From the NCBI GenBank assembly GCA_964624165.1, contig CAZUWG010000002.1, positions 10,410 through 74,409 of the forward strand: a DNA stretch of 64,000 nt. Reading direction: 5' to 3'. The DNA comes from an uncultured Candidatus Saccharibacteria bacterium. Its GTDB lineage: Bacteria > Patescibacteriota > Minisyncoccia > Phycocordibacterales > UBA918. The stretch's first letter is position 1; each line of letters begins with the position of its first letter. Below, piece after piece: positions 42,705-53,126 of the stretch. Made by a program: the position numbers and the translations under genes. Under the pieces are notes generated by a model. The model was not told the DNA's origin, ran no database searches, and was given only the letters and a program-made list of their open reading frames with translations.

Positions 42705-43055
42705 ATGCAACACAGTAAAAACAAACGAACCCTCGGACGGACCCGCTCGCAGCGTACAGCTTTGATGCGTGGGCTTGCCATTTCACTTTTCGAAAACGGT
42801 AAGATCGTTACCTCCGATGCCAAAGCACGCGAACTGCGTCCTTTTGCAGAAAAGCTTATTACGTCTGCAAAGACGGATTCGATCGCCGCTCGTCGCCAGG
42901 TGGCGAGTGTGCTTGGTGAACCGACGACAGATATTGTGAAAGTACTCTTCACTGATATCGCTCCAAAGTACCAAGAACGAGCAGGTGGGTACACTCGTAT
43001 TATTAAAATGGGACAAAACGCTGGCCGCACTGAAGCTGTCATCGAGCTTGTGTAA
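42705..43055 (+). CDS. rplQ: 50S ribosomal protein L17
   Basis: GRTRSQRTALMRGLAISLFENGKI.T...A..LRPFAEKLIT. Confidence 0.9.
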   Translation: MQHSKNKRTLGRTRSQRTALMRGLAISLFENGKIVTSDAKARELRPFAEKLITSAKTDSIAARRQVASVLGEPTTDIVKVLFTDIAPKYQERAGGYTRIIKMGQNAGRTEAVIELV

Positions 43056-43066
43056 TCTTTTTTCGT

Positions 43067-43426
43067 ATGACAAATACAACACACAACGTATACACTATCG
43101 ACGCTAAAGGAAAGCGTCTTGGACGTATCGCTACAGAAGCGGCAGATATTTTGATGGGTAAGAATGAGCCTGATTTTGCTAAACATTTAGTAAAAGATGT
43201 AAAAGTAGTCATCGAAAACGCCAGCAAGCTCGATATCCCTGAAAAGAAGAAAGGAGAAATTTACCAAAGCTATTCTGGTTATCCAGGTGGTCGAAAGGAG
43301 GAAACTCTCGAGCACCTTGGTACTCGACTCGGCTACGCTGAGGTAGTACGACGCACTATTAATGGCATGCTCCCGAAGAATAAGCTTCAGGCACGCATGA
43401 TGAAAAATCTAGAAGTAACTGAGTAA
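43067..43426 (+). CDS. rplM: 50S ribosomal protein L13
   Basis: YTIDAKGKRLGRIATEAADILMGK...YSGYPGG. Confidence 0.9.
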   Translation: MTNTTHNVYTIDAKGKRLGRIATEAADILMGKNEPDFAKHLVKDVKVVIENASKLDIPEKKKGEIYQSYSGYPGGRKEETLEHLGTRLGYAEVVRRTINGMLPKNKLQARMMKNLEVTE

Positions 43427-43439
43427 TTGTATTTTATTT

Positions 43440-43844
43440 ATGGCAAAACAAGCACCCTACATTGAAGGTATCGGCCGTCGCAAGACAGCCTCAGCTCGTG
43501 TGCGACTTACACCGGCTGACAAAACTACTTTCATCGTCAACGAAAAAACTCTCGAAGCATATTTCCCATACGAGTCACTACAAAAAGAAGTAATGTCAGT
43601 ACTACAAGCGGAAGATGCTGGTATTGAAAATTACACAGTATCGGTACACGTGAAGGGAAGTGGTATCTCAGCGCAAGCAGATGCAATCAAGCTCGGTATT
43701 GCGCGCGCCCTCGTTAAAGAGAAGCAAAGTCGTCGTACCGTCTTGAAGCCACTGGGCTTTTTGAAACGAGACCCACGTTCAGTGGAACGAAAAAAGTTTG
43801 GTCTTCGCAAAGCCCGCCGTCGCCCACAATTCTCAAAGCGATAA
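43440..43844 (+). CDS. rpsI: 30S ribosomal protein S9
   Basis: GIGRRKTASARVRL...GLRKARRRPQFSKR C-terminus. Confidence 0.9.
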   Translation: MAKQAPYIEGIGRRKTASARVRLTPADKTTFIVNEKTLEAYFPYESLQKEVMSVLQAEDAGIENYTVSVHVKGSGISAQADAIKLGIARALVKEKQSRRTVLKPLGFLKRDPRSVERKKFGLRKARRRPQFSKR

Positions 43845-43864
43845 CCAACACAACTACTCAGTTT

Positions 43865-43899
43865 ACAACACCCCCGCAGCAAAGCTGCGGGGGTGTTGT
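43865..43899. terminator. hairpin terminator after rpsI
   Basis: ACAACACCCCCGCAGC-AAA-GCTGCGGGGGTGTTGT; the downstream U-tract is weak. Confidence 0.5.
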
Positions 43900-43963
43900 G
43901 TAAGCAACATCAGAACTCAGAGTAAGCGCACCCTTATTTTGGCGTCTTGGCTTTGGCATAATT

Positions 43964-43991
43964 TTGACACAGACGTTTTTCGCAGTATAAT
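43964..43991 (+). promoter_or_regulatory. consensus sigma-70 promoter upstream of grpE-dnaK
   Basis: TTGACA (43964-43969), 16-nt spacer, TATAAT (43986-43991), about 95 nt upstream of the grpE ATG. Confidence 0.55.
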
Positions 43992-44085
43992 AGTATTTGA
44001 AACGTGTGGGAATACGAAAGAAACTACCAATACGCTATACGAAAGCCACAGGTTTTGATTTTGACAGATTGCATAAATATTTGAT

Positions 44086-44640
44086 ATGGCAACACACCAA
44101 CCTGACGAACATATCGAAGAGGACGAAGTAACCATTGAAGACACTGAGCAGATAGAGACAGAAGAGCGGCTTGAGAGCAAGCTAAAGACACTCAGAGAAA
44201 AACTAAAGGTGTGCGAGGCAGAGAAGATGACTGCCCTTGAGGACTTACAGCGAGCACGCGCAGACTTCCTTAATACTAAAAGAAGACTCGAGGAGCAAAA
44301 GCAAGCAGACATCACACGGGTCGCCGATAAATTTGTCGCGTCTCTTTTACCACTGACCGATAGTTTTTCTATGGCCATGGCTGACAAAGCCGCCTGGGAA
44401 GAGATAGATGCGTCGTGGCGCACGGGAGTAGAAGGCATTAAAAGCCAACTCGATCGTATCCTAGCAACGCACAATGTCACTAAAATTGAGGCCCTTGGTA
44501 CACATTTTAATCACGACGAACATGAAGCAGTCGGTACTAAGGAAGGGGAGGAGGCTGACATTGTATTAGAAGTTGTACAAGAAGGATATAAAAAAGACGG
44601 AGCGGTACTTCGTCCAGCAAAAGTAATTATCAGTGCATAA
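44086..44640 (+). CDS. grpE: nucleotide exchange factor GrpE
   Basis: Coiled-coil N-terminus and GrpE C-terminal beta domain; located immediately upstream of dnaK. Confidence 0.85.
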   Translation: MATHQPDEHIEEDEVTIEDTEQIETEERLESKLKTLREKLKVCEAEKMTALEDLQRARADFLNTKRRLEEQKQADITRVADKFVASLLPLTDSFSMAMADKAAWEEIDASWRTGVEGIKSQLDRILATHNVTKIEALGTHFNHDEHEAVGTKEGEEADIVLEVVQEGYKKDGAVLRPAKVIISA

Positions 44641-44654
44641 ATAATATTTACACT

Positions 44655-46553
44655 ATGGCAAAAATTTTAGGAATTGACTTAGGAACCACCAACAGCGCAA
44701 TGGCGATCATCGAAGCTGGTGAGCCGACTATTATTGAAAACGCGGAAGGAAACCGCACCACACCGTCTATCGTCGCTATCTCAAAAAAAGGCGAAAGGCT
44801 GGTAGGTCAGATTGCTAAGCGACAAGCAGTCACCAATCCCCAAAACACCATCTACGGGATTAAGCGTTTTATGGGGCATGACTATGAGGACAAGGCAGTA
44901 CAAAAAGATAAGGCGATTGTACCTTACGACATCCAAAAAGGCAGTGACGGCGGCGCAGTCGTGAAGATGGGTGATAAAGAATACCGCCCAGAAGAACTCT
45001 CGGCGATGATCCTTTCAAAACTCAAAGCTGACGCAGAGGCAAAAATTGGAGAAAAAATTACCGAAGCCGTAATTACGGTACCGGCCTACTTTAATGATGC
45101 TCAGCGTAAAGCAACACAGGACGCAGGTAAAATTGCCGGCCTTGAGGTAAAGCGTATCATTAATGAGCCGACTGCAGCTGCTCTTGCTTACGGCTTCAAT
45201 CGTAAAAAGGACGAAAAGATTGTGGTCTTTGACTTTGGTGGAGGAACGTTTGACGTGACAGTCCTTGAAGTAGGCGATGACGTGGTGGAAGTACAATCTA
45301 CCGATGGAGATGCTCACATGGGCGGACGAGATATTGACCAGGAGATTGTTCGCTGGCTTATTTCAGAGTTTAAGAAAGAAGAAGGAGTAGATCTTTCAAA
45401 AGACCCACTCGCGCTACAGCGACTTGATGACGAGGCAGAAAAAGCCAAGAAGGAGCTTTCGTCTTCACAAGAATCAGAAATCAATATTCCTTTTATTGCC
45501 AATAATGATGGCGCCCCGAAAAATCTTCTCATTACTCTCACTAGAAGCAAACTCAACGAACTAGCTGAAGAATACATTGACCGTTCGATCGAGATCACTA
45601 AGCGTGCCATCGAAGCTTCTTCATTCTCGAAAGAAGAGATTGACGAAATAATTCTTGTCGGAGGGCAGACGCGCATGCCTCGAGTGGCTGAACGAGTAAA
45701 AGAGCTTTTTGGTAAAGAACCAAACAAAACCATCAACCCAGATGAAGTAGTGGCTCTCGGAGCAGCCATTCAGGCTGGTATTTTCCAGGGAGATGTACAG
45801 GACATTACGCTCGTTGATGTAATTCCACTTTCACTCGGTATTGAAACAATGGGAGGAGTTGCAACAAAACTAATTGAGAAAAACTCTCATATTCCGACGA
45901 AAAAAGAGCAGGTTTTTTCAACTGCCGCTGACAACCAAACCAGTACTGAGATTCATGTGGTGCAGGGTGAGCGACCAATGGCGCAAGACAATAAATCACT
46001 TGGTCGCTTCGTGCTCGATGGTATTCCACCAGCACCACGCGGAGTACCACAAATTGAAGTCATGTTTGATGTCGACAGTAACGGTGTCTTGAATGTCACC
46101 GCAAAGGACAAATCAACCGGCAAAGAACAATCGATCAAAATAGAAGCTAATTCAGGTTTGTCTGAAGACGACATCGAAAAGATGAAAAAAGACGCCGAAA
46201 CACACGCGGAAGAAGATAAGAAAAAACAGGAACTTGTCGAAGCCCGCAATACCGCCGAGCAGATGACCTACACAGCAGAAAAATCTATTAAGGATTACGG
46301 CGAGAAAGCTGGTGAAGCGGTAGTAAAAGAAGTAGAAGAGAAAATTACTGCTCTACGCGAGGTAAAAGACAAAGACGACAAGACCGCGATTACCAACGCT
46401 ACAGAAGCTCTCTCGGCTGCTATGCAAAAAATAGGTGAAGCAATGCAAGCAAGCGAAGCAGGTCAAAAGGGCGCGAGCGAAGCGAGCGCCTCACCAGAAG
46501 ATACGGTGCGGGAAGCAGAAGAAGTAAAAGATGATGAGAAAAAAAGCGAGTAA
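44655..46553 (+). CDS. dnaK: molecular chaperone DnaK (Hsp70)
   Basis: [29 protein letters not shown] and a 632-aa Hsp70 architecture. Confidence 0.95.
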   Translation: MAKILGIDLGTTNSAMAIIEAGEPTIIENAEGNRTTPSIVAISKKGERLVGQIAKRQAVTNPQNTIYGIKRFMGHDYEDKAVQKDKAIVPYDIQKGSDGGAVVKMGDKEYRPEELSAMILSKLKADAEAKIGEKITEAVITVPAYFNDAQRKATQDAGKIAGLEVKRIINEPTAAALAYGFNRKKDEKIVVFDFGGGTFDVTVLEVGDDVVEVQSTDGDAHMGGRDIDQEIVRWLISEFKKEEGVDLSKDPLALQRLDDEAEKAKKELSSSQESEINIPFIANNDGAPKNLLITLTRSKLNELAEEYIDRSIEITKRAIEASSFSKEEIDEIILVGGQTRMPRVAERVKELFGKEPNKTINPDEVVALGAAIQAGIFQGDVQDITLVDVIPLSLGIETMGGVATKLIEKNSHIPTKKEQVFSTAADNQTSTEIHVVQGERPMAQDNKSLGRFVLDGIPPAPRGVPQIEVMFDVDSNGVLNVTAKDKSTGKEQSIKIEANSGLSEDDIEKMKKDAETHAEEDKKKQELVEARNTAEQMTYTAEKSIKDYGEKAGEAVVKEVEEKITALREVKDKDDKTAITNATEALSAAMQKIGEAMQASEAGQKGASEASASPEDTVREAEEVKDDEKKSE

Positions 46554-46624
46554 GTTTTTAGTGGAGGGAAACGCATGCGTTTCCCTCCATCATAAAGCTC
46601 ACTCGAGCTAATGGTAAAACACAT

Positions 46625-47695
46625 ATGGCAAAAGACTATTACAACATTCTCGGAGTTGAAAAAAACGCGTCAAAAGACGAAATCAAAAAGGCTTTTCGAA
46701 AACTCGCCGGCAAATACCATCCAGACAAAAAAACGGGTGACGAGTCGAAGTTTAAAGAGGTAAGTGAGGCTTATTCGATCCTTAGTAATGAAAAGAAGCG
46801 CGCTGAGTACGATACGTACGGCCAATCATTTGCTGGCGCAAGCGGCGGACAAGGCGGTTTTGGCGGGTTTGATTTTTCTCAATTTCAGCAAGGAGGCGGG
46901 TTTTCATTTGATATTAATGACATTTTTGAAAACTTTGGTGATATGTTTGGAGGAGGGAATGGCAGATCTCGACGCGGACGTGATATTTCAATTGACATCA
47001 ACCTCACCTTCAAAGAAGCCATCTTTGGCGTGAAGCGTAGCGTCCTTTTGACCAAGACCAGCACGTGCGAACACTGCGAAGGTACTGGAGCTAAAGATAA
47101 AAGTAAACTCAAAACCTGTGCCACTTGTAATGGACAGGGCAAGGTTCGTGAAGTGCGCCAAAGCATCATGGGTCAGTTTCAAACGGCTCGTATTTGTGAT
47201 ACCTGCCACGGGAGTGGTAAAGTGCCTGAAGAAAAGTGTACGCACTGCAATGGCGCAGGCGTACGAAAAAGAGAAGAAGAGATTGCCATCGCTATTCCTG
47301 CGGGGGTGCAAGACGGGGAAGTAGTGCGCATGACCGGACGTGGCGAAGCAATTCCCCACGGGCAATCCGGCGATCTCTACATAAAACTCCATGTTGAAAC
47401 CAACAAAAATATAGTTCGTGAAGGATGGAACCTAACATCCACTCTCGAAGTGAAGCTCACCGATGCGCTACTTGGCGGCGAGTATGTTGTACATACACTT
47501 GACGGAGAAACTAAAGTGAAGATACCAGCAGGTGTTAGCCATGGCGAAAAGTTGCGCCTTAAAGGCAAGGGTGTGCCAACTGGACGCGGCACGGAGCGGG
47601 GTGACTTCTTGGTACGTATTTCCATTAAAAATCCCACTAAACTTTCTAAAACCGCCAAAGCCCTCATTGAACAACTTCGAGAAGAAGGTGTGTAG
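46625..47695 (+). CDS. dnaJ: co-chaperone DnaJ
   Basis: J-domain with HPD (KYHPDK), a G/F region and four CxxCxGxG zinc-finger repeats. Confidence 0.9.
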   Translation: MAKDYYNILGVEKNASKDEIKKAFRKLAGKYHPDKKTGDESKFKEVSEAYSILSNEKKRAEYDTYGQSFAGASGGQGGFGGFDFSQFQQGGGFSFDINDIFENFGDMFGGGNGRSRRGRDISIDINLTFKEAIFGVKRSVLLTKTSTCEHCEGTGAKDKSKLKTCATCNGQGKVREVRQSIMGQFQTARICDTCHGSGKVPEEKCTHCNGAGVRKREEEIAIAIPAGVQDGEVVRMTGRGEAIPHGQSGDLYIKLHVETNKNIVREGWNLTSTLEVKLTDALLGGEYVVHTLDGETKVKIPAGVSHGEKLRLKGKGVPTGRGTERGDFLVRISIKNPTKLSKTAKALIEQLREEGV

Positions 47696-47716
47696 CAGCA
47701 TGTTACACATAAAGGA

Positions 47717-47744
47717 AAAGGGCGAGTCTTGCTCGCCCTTTCTC
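47717..47744. terminator. intrinsic terminator after dnaJ
   Basis: AAAAGGGCGAG-TCTTG-CTCGCCCTTTCT. Confidence 0.6.
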
Positions 47745-47847
47745 GCTGCAAAGCTGCTATCGCGCAAGTCTTTGTGCCGCTATCTCTAGAAGATATAGCC
47801 CATGGAGACTAAAAGCCAGAGCCACCAGCGACAGAAGTCCTGCTACG

Positions 47848-48450
47848 ATGCAGCAGTTCACAACTAAATCCGCAACTTTATCCGCCCGCCGCTTCCTCAT
47901 AAAATACCTCCCTAATTACACCTTTCTCTATCATGGCATGGAATTGGCTTTTAGCAAGCTGGGGGAGGGCAGCAAAACTTCTCTCAACCCTGACGTGTGC
48001 TACCATTACTTTATGTCGCTCCACCCGCTAAGTTTCGATTTTGGTGATAACGATGAACCGAGCGAACCATTTACTTTATTTGAATCAATCATTGAAGATC
48101 GCGGCAGTAGATATACTGTCAGCATTGGGTGTGTGAAAAATCGCGAGGAAATTGCGCACTTTCTTTCTACACTAAAACAAAAGAAAAAATACCAAAAAGC
48201 TACCCATCACTCTTATGCAGCTATCATAGAAAGAGACGGCGTCAGCTATGAAACAAAAAATGACGACGGTGAGACCGGTGCCGGCATGGTAATTCTTCGT
48301 ATGATTAAAAAACATAAAATGCATAACACTATCGTGTGCGTCACTAGATGGTTTGGCGGTGTAAAGCTCATGGGTGATCGTTTCCGCCATATACAAAACG
48401 CGGCAGAGTACGCTTTAACGCACATAAAGAGACACCCGCCAACGTCATAG
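47848..48450 (+). CDS. IMPACT/YigZ-family protein (UPF0029)
   Basis: NDDGETGAGMVILRMI...NTIVCVTRWFGGVKLMGDRFRHIQNAAEYAL matches the conserved DDGE…VVVTRYFGGxKLG core. The N-terminal boundary is uncertain; the true start may be an internal Met. Confidence 0.6.
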   Translation: MQQFTTKSATLSARRFLIKYLPNYTFLYHGMELAFSKLGEGSKTSLNPDVCYHYFMSLHPLSFDFGDNDEPSEPFTLFESIIEDRGSRYTVSIGCVKNREEIAHFLSTLKQKKKYQKATHHSYAAIIERDGVSYETKNDDGETGAGMVILRMIKKHKMHNTIVCVTRWFGGVKLMGDRFRHIQNAAEYALTHIKRHPPTS

Positions 48451-48742
48451 GCGGGTGCTAGTCCTTCATCATATGGAGCCAGGACAACGCTAAGCCCGGC
48501 AACGCTTCGATGGGCACTTCGGTAGGAAGCGTCTTGAAAAGGAGCGTTTTCTTTGGCGCTCTGTTATTCAGAGCGAAGTAAAAATGCAACGCTAAAATAA
48601 AAATACAGAGCATGCCTGCCACCATTCCTAACTTACGCATACTGTCCTCCCCTTATTCTCAAACTATTATACGCCATAAGATAGAAAAGCAAACTGTCTA
48701 CAACTTCGCTTTTCTTATGTCATCTTTTGTTATACTGAAGCT

Positions 48743-49213
48743 ATGGATATTTTGGCGTTAGTGAGCGAGTTTGCGTTTGTGCTTGTCGTTTTTTTCAGCT
48801 TCCTTTTCTACACTATGTGGCGGGGGAGGCAAGCCACGATAAATCTCATACTTGGTCTTTACTTCGCACTTCTAATCTCGTACACCTTTCCTTACTATGA
48901 AGTGTTGCTGGGCGACGCTTCTGCAGAAGCGCGCTCGGTCGTACGTCTACTACTCTTTGTTTTATTTACTATAGGATCTACGCTACTCTTTCGCAGACTT
49001 TCATACGAAGGAAGCCGGGAAGGATTTTTTGCTGGATTTCCACGTAAGCTGGCGTATGCCCTGGCTGCCACTGTGCTTGTTTTAAATTTTAGCTTTAACA
49101 CGCTACCTATTACAGAGTTTATAGACCCGGGTCCTATCCAAGGTATATTCAACTCAGCTCAAGCCTTCTTCTGGTGGCTCTTTATCCCAGTTATAGTGTT
49201 ATTCTTGTTATAG
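48743..49213 (+). CDS. hypothetical polytopic membrane protein (first gene of membrane-SET-kinase operon)
   Basis: 156 aa with 4 hydrophobic helices; 6-nt gap to the next gene. Confidence 0.5.
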   Translation: MDILALVSEFAFVLVVFFSFLFYTMWRGRQATINLILGLYFALLISYTFPYYEVLLGDASAEARSVVRLLLFVLFTIGSTLLFRRLSYEGSREGFFAGFPRKLAYALAATVLVLNFSFNTLPITEFIDPGPIQGIFNSAQAFFWWLFIPVIVLFLL

Positions 49214-49219
49214 GTTTTT

Positions 49220-50347
49220 ATGTCAGGCTTACTCATACTCGGACTCTTGGCGGGAATAGTACAAGTCTTCGGGTATGTGCTCTACATAAAAAAAGCCCAA
49301 AAGCATGATATTGATCCGCACCCAATCACATGGCTCATTTTTGCTTTTGATACTGCACTGCTTACTTTTCTAGAGTTTGCGGCGGGAGCCTCACTGGCAC
49401 TACTTTTTTTGCCAGTTCTATGTTCGATAGGTGCCTGCTATGTTGCTCTACTTATTTATAAAGACGGAAAAATTTCTTGGCCAAGCGATCGACTTGATAA
49501 GTATATTCTTAGTGTTGGTATTTTTATTGCCGTAAGCTACTGTTCACTTTTTGTGCTTGAACAAGCTGGTTTTATACCCGCTTCATACACACTTTTCGCG
49601 GCGTATCTTTTCCTTATTCTTTCAAATCTCAATACGTTCGTGGCGTTTGTACCTATCCTTAAAGAAGTACGAGCTTTCCCAGAGACCGAGCACGCCGGTC
49701 CATGGATGGTGTGGGCGGGTGCATATTTTCTTTTGCTGCTCGCTACATTTATTGAGGTGGGTGTTCGTGTCGAAGGATTTTTGCTTTACCTCTACCCAGT
49801 TAGCTCAATGTTTCTCCATGGGGCAGTGGGGGTATTAGCACTTGATCGAAAGTCATATTTAGAATTCCTTTACCCTAAAAATAGCGCAATTAGCGGTACT
49901 GGTGTTTACACTAGGGTACCTTTTGTAAAAGGGCAGGTCATTAGCAAAATTATAGGTACGGAAAAATATTTTCGTGCCACTAATCAGACTGAGGCCCTCT
50001 CCATCGAAACATGGTATGGCATCGGAGAAGATTTGTGGATAGACCCAGGAGACTCAATCTTTCGTTATCTCAATCACTCATGCGATCCAAATTGTGCAGT
50101 AGTAGGCACCAAAACACTCGTGGCTCGGCGACCAATTTTGCAAGATGAAGAACTTACTATTGATTACAGCATGACTGACGCCGACCCACATTGGCAGCTC
50201 ACCTGCTTATGTAAATCCACACAATGCCGGAAAACAATCTCCGCCATCCAAACCCTGCCTCCGAAAGTAGTAGAAGAACATTTGCCGTATGTTCCAGACT
50301 ATTTCTTATCAATTTACCAGACAAAATACCCCCAGCTTAAAAATTAA
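49220..50347 (+). CDS. 6-TM membrane domain fused to C-terminal SET-domain protein-lysine methyltransferase
   Basis: Residues 1-215 form six hydrophobic helices. Residues ~222-340 carry a GxG SAM motif (ISGTGVYT), the canonical NHSCDPN and EELTIDY SET motifs, and a post-SET Cys cluster (CLCKSTQC). Confidence 0.8.
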   Translation: MSGLLILGLLAGIVQVFGYVLYIKKAQKHDIDPHPITWLIFAFDTALLTFLEFAAGASLALLFLPVLCSIGACYVALLIYKDGKISWPSDRLDKYILSVGIFIAVSYCSLFVLEQAGFIPASYTLFAAYLFLILSNLNTFVAFVPILKEVRAFPETEHAGPWMVWAGAYFLLLLATFIEVGVRVEGFLLYLYPVSSMFLHGAVGVLALDRKSYLEFLYPKNSAISGTGVYTRVPFVKGQVISKIIGTEKYFRATNQTEALSIETWYGIGEDLWIDPGDSIFRYLNHSCDPNCAVVGTKTLVARRPILQDEELTIDYSMTDADPHWQLTCLCKSTQCRKTISAIQTLPPKVVEEHLPYVPDYFLSIYQTKYPQLKN

Positions 50348-50349
50348 TT

Positions 50350-52140
50350 ATGAGATATCGAGAAAAATTCTTACTTGTTGTTACAGTCGCAATAACTTTT
50401 GCAGCCACCCTATCTGCTGCTCATACGTTTTATAATCTCAAAAACTATACACAGTTTACGGCTGCAGAGCTTGGTTATCAGACTGACAGCTACGAGGCAT
50501 GTGAGTGGGGTGAATCAAGTTTTTTAATTTTCTCCAACAACGTCGGCAACCTGATCTACTACACACACGTTTTTCCACTTGTCATCTCTTTATTTATTGG
50601 TATTTTTGTCCTTGCCAATAATTATCGCGACCGTAGAAATGTCGTCTTTTCTGTGTTGACAGTGCTTTTTGCACTATGGGCATACTTTGATCTTGTGCTC
50701 TGGGCTTCGCCAAGCCAAGCAGACGTGATGTTTTTCTGGTCGGCTATAGTACCCGTCGAGATGTTTTTATATCTCCTTTCTGCTTATTTAATATATCTTT
50801 TCACTCGTGGCAAAGACGCCCCTTTCTACGGCAAAGTTGTAGGGCTTATTCTTGCCCTCCCGACTATCGTACTCATGCCCACCGCGCTCAATGTGATAGG
50901 ACTTTCGCCTGATTGCGACGAAGGTGCGTTTGAAGGGCCTTTGATTCACTACATGTATATTTTGGAGATTTTTATCATTATCTTTATTTGCTATCTCACA
51001 CTTACTACAAAAAAGTTTTTCAACAATGTAATTGAGCGCAAAAAAGCTTACACCATTGGCATTGCGACAATTATCTTCTTGACCTTTTTCACTATGGGCA
51101 ATCTCACACTGATGTTTGAGCTTGGTCCAAATTATGAACAATACAAACTCTTTGGGATGCCGATCTTTGCGGCCCTCGTCACATATGCCCTGGTGAAATT
51201 TCGTGCATTTGGCGTAAAAGTACTTTTGACACAAGTACTGGTAGCGGTCATTTGGGTATTATTGTTTTCAGTCACTCTGCTGGAATCTATGGAGCGAGCC
51301 AGAGCAATTATCATCCTCACTCTAGTAGTTTTCTCCGTTATTGCTCTCCAGCTTGTACGTTCAGTCAAAAAAGAAGTCGAACAGCGAGAAGAGCTAGAAA
51401 AACTAGCCTATACACTTGAGCATGCCAACGAGCGATTGAAAGAGCTCGATAAGCTGAAGTCTGAGTTTGTTTCTATAGCCTCCCACCAGCTACGCAGCCC
51501 GCTTACCGCTATTCGTGGTTATGCCTCAATGCTCGAAGAAGGGAGCTTTGGTTCACTAAGCGAAAAAGCTCGTACGGCAGTGCATAAGATCAATGAATCC
51601 AGCCGGCTTATGGCGCTTTCGGTCGAAGATTACCTTAATGTCTCACGCATCCAAGCCGGGCGAATGCGCTACGAGCTAAGCGATAGCAATATCTGTGATT
51701 TGGTTGAAAGCGCGGTAGATGGTCTTCGAGGCCAAGCGCAGCGCAAAGGAATTCTTCTTACCCTGAAAAAACAAGCCGGCCGCACTTGCCTTGTGCGAGC
51801 TGATGTAGGGAAAGGGAATCAGATCATTCACAACCTCATCGACAATGCTCTCAAGTACACCGACGAAGGCTTTGTGGACGTCTCCATAAAAAACGTTGGC
51901 GATACAGTGGAAATAGCAGTCAGCGATACCGGCACCGGCCTCGGCAAGGATGAGCTGGCAAGCATTTTTGAAAAGTTTGAGCGCACCAAAGACGCTAACA
52001 CTATCAATCCCAACGGCACTGGTCTTGGTCTCTACCTGGCCCAAAAGATGGCTCGCGACATGGGCGGCGATGTGACGGCAAGCTCACCAGGGAAAAATCT
52101 TGGCTCTACCTTTACCCTTATTCTGCCGTTGGCAAAATAG
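50350..52140 (+). CDS. multi-TM sensor histidine kinase (no cognate response regulator in window)
   Basis: A ~340-aa N-terminal domain with 7-8 TM helices. Then HisKA (LDKLKSEFVSIASHQLRSPLTAIRGYASML) and HATPase_c (HNLIDNALKYT...DTGTGLGKDE...GTGLGLYLAQKMARDMGG). 2-nt gap to the SET gene. Confidence 0.85.
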   Translation: MRYREKFLLVVTVAITFAATLSAAHTFYNLKNYTQFTAAELGYQTDSYEACEWGESSFLIFSNNVGNLIYYTHVFPLVISLFIGIFVLANNYRDRRNVVFSVLTVLFALWAYFDLVLWASPSQADVMFFWSAIVPVEMFLYLLSAYLIYLFTRGKDAPFYGKVVGLILALPTIVLMPTALNVIGLSPDCDEGAFEGPLIHYMYILEIFIIIFICYLTLTTKKFFNNVIERKKAYTIGIATIIFLTFFTMGNLTLMFELGPNYEQYKLFGMPIFAALVTYALVKFRAFGVKVLLTQVLVAVIWVLLFSVTLLESMERARAIIILTLVVFSVIALQLVRSVKKEVEQREELEKLAYTLEHANERLKELDKLKSEFVSIASHQLRSPLTAIRGYASMLEEGSFGSLSEKARTAVHKINESSRLMALSVEDYLNVSRIQAGRMRYELSDSNICDLVESAVDGLRGQAQRKGILLTLKKQAGRTCLVRADVGKGNQIIHNLIDNALKYTDEGFVDVSIKNVGDTVEIAVSDTGTGLGKDELASIFEKFERTKDANTINPNGTGLGLYLAQKMARDMGGDVTASSPGKNLGSTFTLILPLAK

Positions 52141-52176
52141 TTTGGCAAATAGCCGTAATTTGCTACTATACGTGAT

Positions 52177-53115
52177 ATGAAACCACGACTCTTAACCGGA
52201 CTCCAGTCTTCTGGCACACTTCATATCGGCAATTACTTTGGGGCACTTAAGCCATTTGTTGATATGTACGAGGAATATGACAGCTATCTTATGGTGGCAG
52301 ACTATCATGCCCTCACCAGCCTTCGAAGCCCCGAGGAAATGCACGACAACATCATCAACGTCGTAAAGGATTATCTTGCCGTAGGCGTGGATCCAAAAAA
52401 ATGCGTAATCTTTCGTCAATCAGACAACCAGGACCATATGGAGCTGGCGTGGATCTTCAACTGCATGGTGAATGTCTCATTTCTTGAACTCGCCCACGCG
52501 TATAAAGATAAGGTCGCCAAAGGCATGGACGCCAACGCCGGACTCTTTACCTACCCAATGTTGCAGGCAGCTGATATCACCCTCTACGACATAGACGTCG
52601 TGCCAGTCGGGGAGGATCAGCGCCAACATCTCGAGTACACACGCGAGGCGGTCGGCAAACTCAATCGCGCCTATGGAGAACTCCTAAAACCCCCTAAAGA
52701 GCTTATTTTAGATCAGGTCGGCGTTGTGCCTGGTACCGACGGAGAAAAAATGAGCAAAAGCAAGGGCAACATCATTCCACTATTTGGCAGCGCAAAAGAG
52801 ATTGAAAAAGCTGTCATGAGCATCAAGACCGACAGTCAGGGCGACCGCCCAGAGCACGTGTACGGCATACACCGCCTTATCAAAAGCGAGGAAGCCTTAC
52901 TACCTGTCTATGAAGCACATAAAGGTCGTTATGGAGACCTTAAAAAGATTCTTGTTCATGACCTCACCACACACCTGAAACCACTTCGTGAAGCGAGAGC
53001 AAAGATCAGTGACGAAGACGTAAAGCAAGTACTGGCAAAGGGAAGTGCCAAAGCAAAGACCGTCTCTAATGAGACACTAAAGAGAGTCCGCGACGCAATC
53101 GGAATTACAATTTAA
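52177..53115 (+). CDS. trpS: tryptophanyl-tRNA synthetase
   Basis: HIGH (TLHIGNY), KMSKS (KMSKSKGN) and a class I Trp/Tyr-type fold in a ~312-aa protein. Confidence 0.85.
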   Translation: MKPRLLTGLQSSGTLHIGNYFGALKPFVDMYEEYDSYLMVADYHALTSLRSPEEMHDNIINVVKDYLAVGVDPKKCVIFRQSDNQDHMELAWIFNCMVNVSFLELAHAYKDKVAKGMDANAGLFTYPMLQAADITLYDIDVVPVGEDQRQHLEYTREAVGKLNRAYGELLKPPKELILDQVGVVPGTDGEKMSKSKGNIIPLFGSAKEIEKAVMSIKTDSQGDRPEHVYGIHRLIKSEEALLPVYEAHKGRYGDLKKILVHDLTTHLKPLREARAKISDEDVKQVLAKGSAKAKTVSNETLKRVRDAIGITI

Positions 53116-53126
53116 ATCAAAACTTT

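Noticed and set aside
43845-44085. CIRCE/HrcA operator upstream of grpE-dnaK
   Set aside because: Looked for TTAGCACTC-N9-GAGTGCTAA by eye in the 240-bp intergenic region and in the dnaK-dnaJ spacer. No match and no partial inverted repeat of that type; only a consensus sigma-70 promoter and ATACGAAAG direct repeats were found.
45314-45769. 151-aa minus-strand ORF
   Set aside because: Antisense to dnaK, which is unambiguous.
48458-48640. 60-aa minus-strand small ORF (MRKLGMVAGMLCIFILALHF…) in the 290-bp yigZ-to-membrane-operon spacer
   Set aside because: Could be a real small membrane protein, but there is no supporting motif, an upstream start context is not evident, and the region may equally be promoter/leader for the downstream membrane operon. 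Left uncalled.
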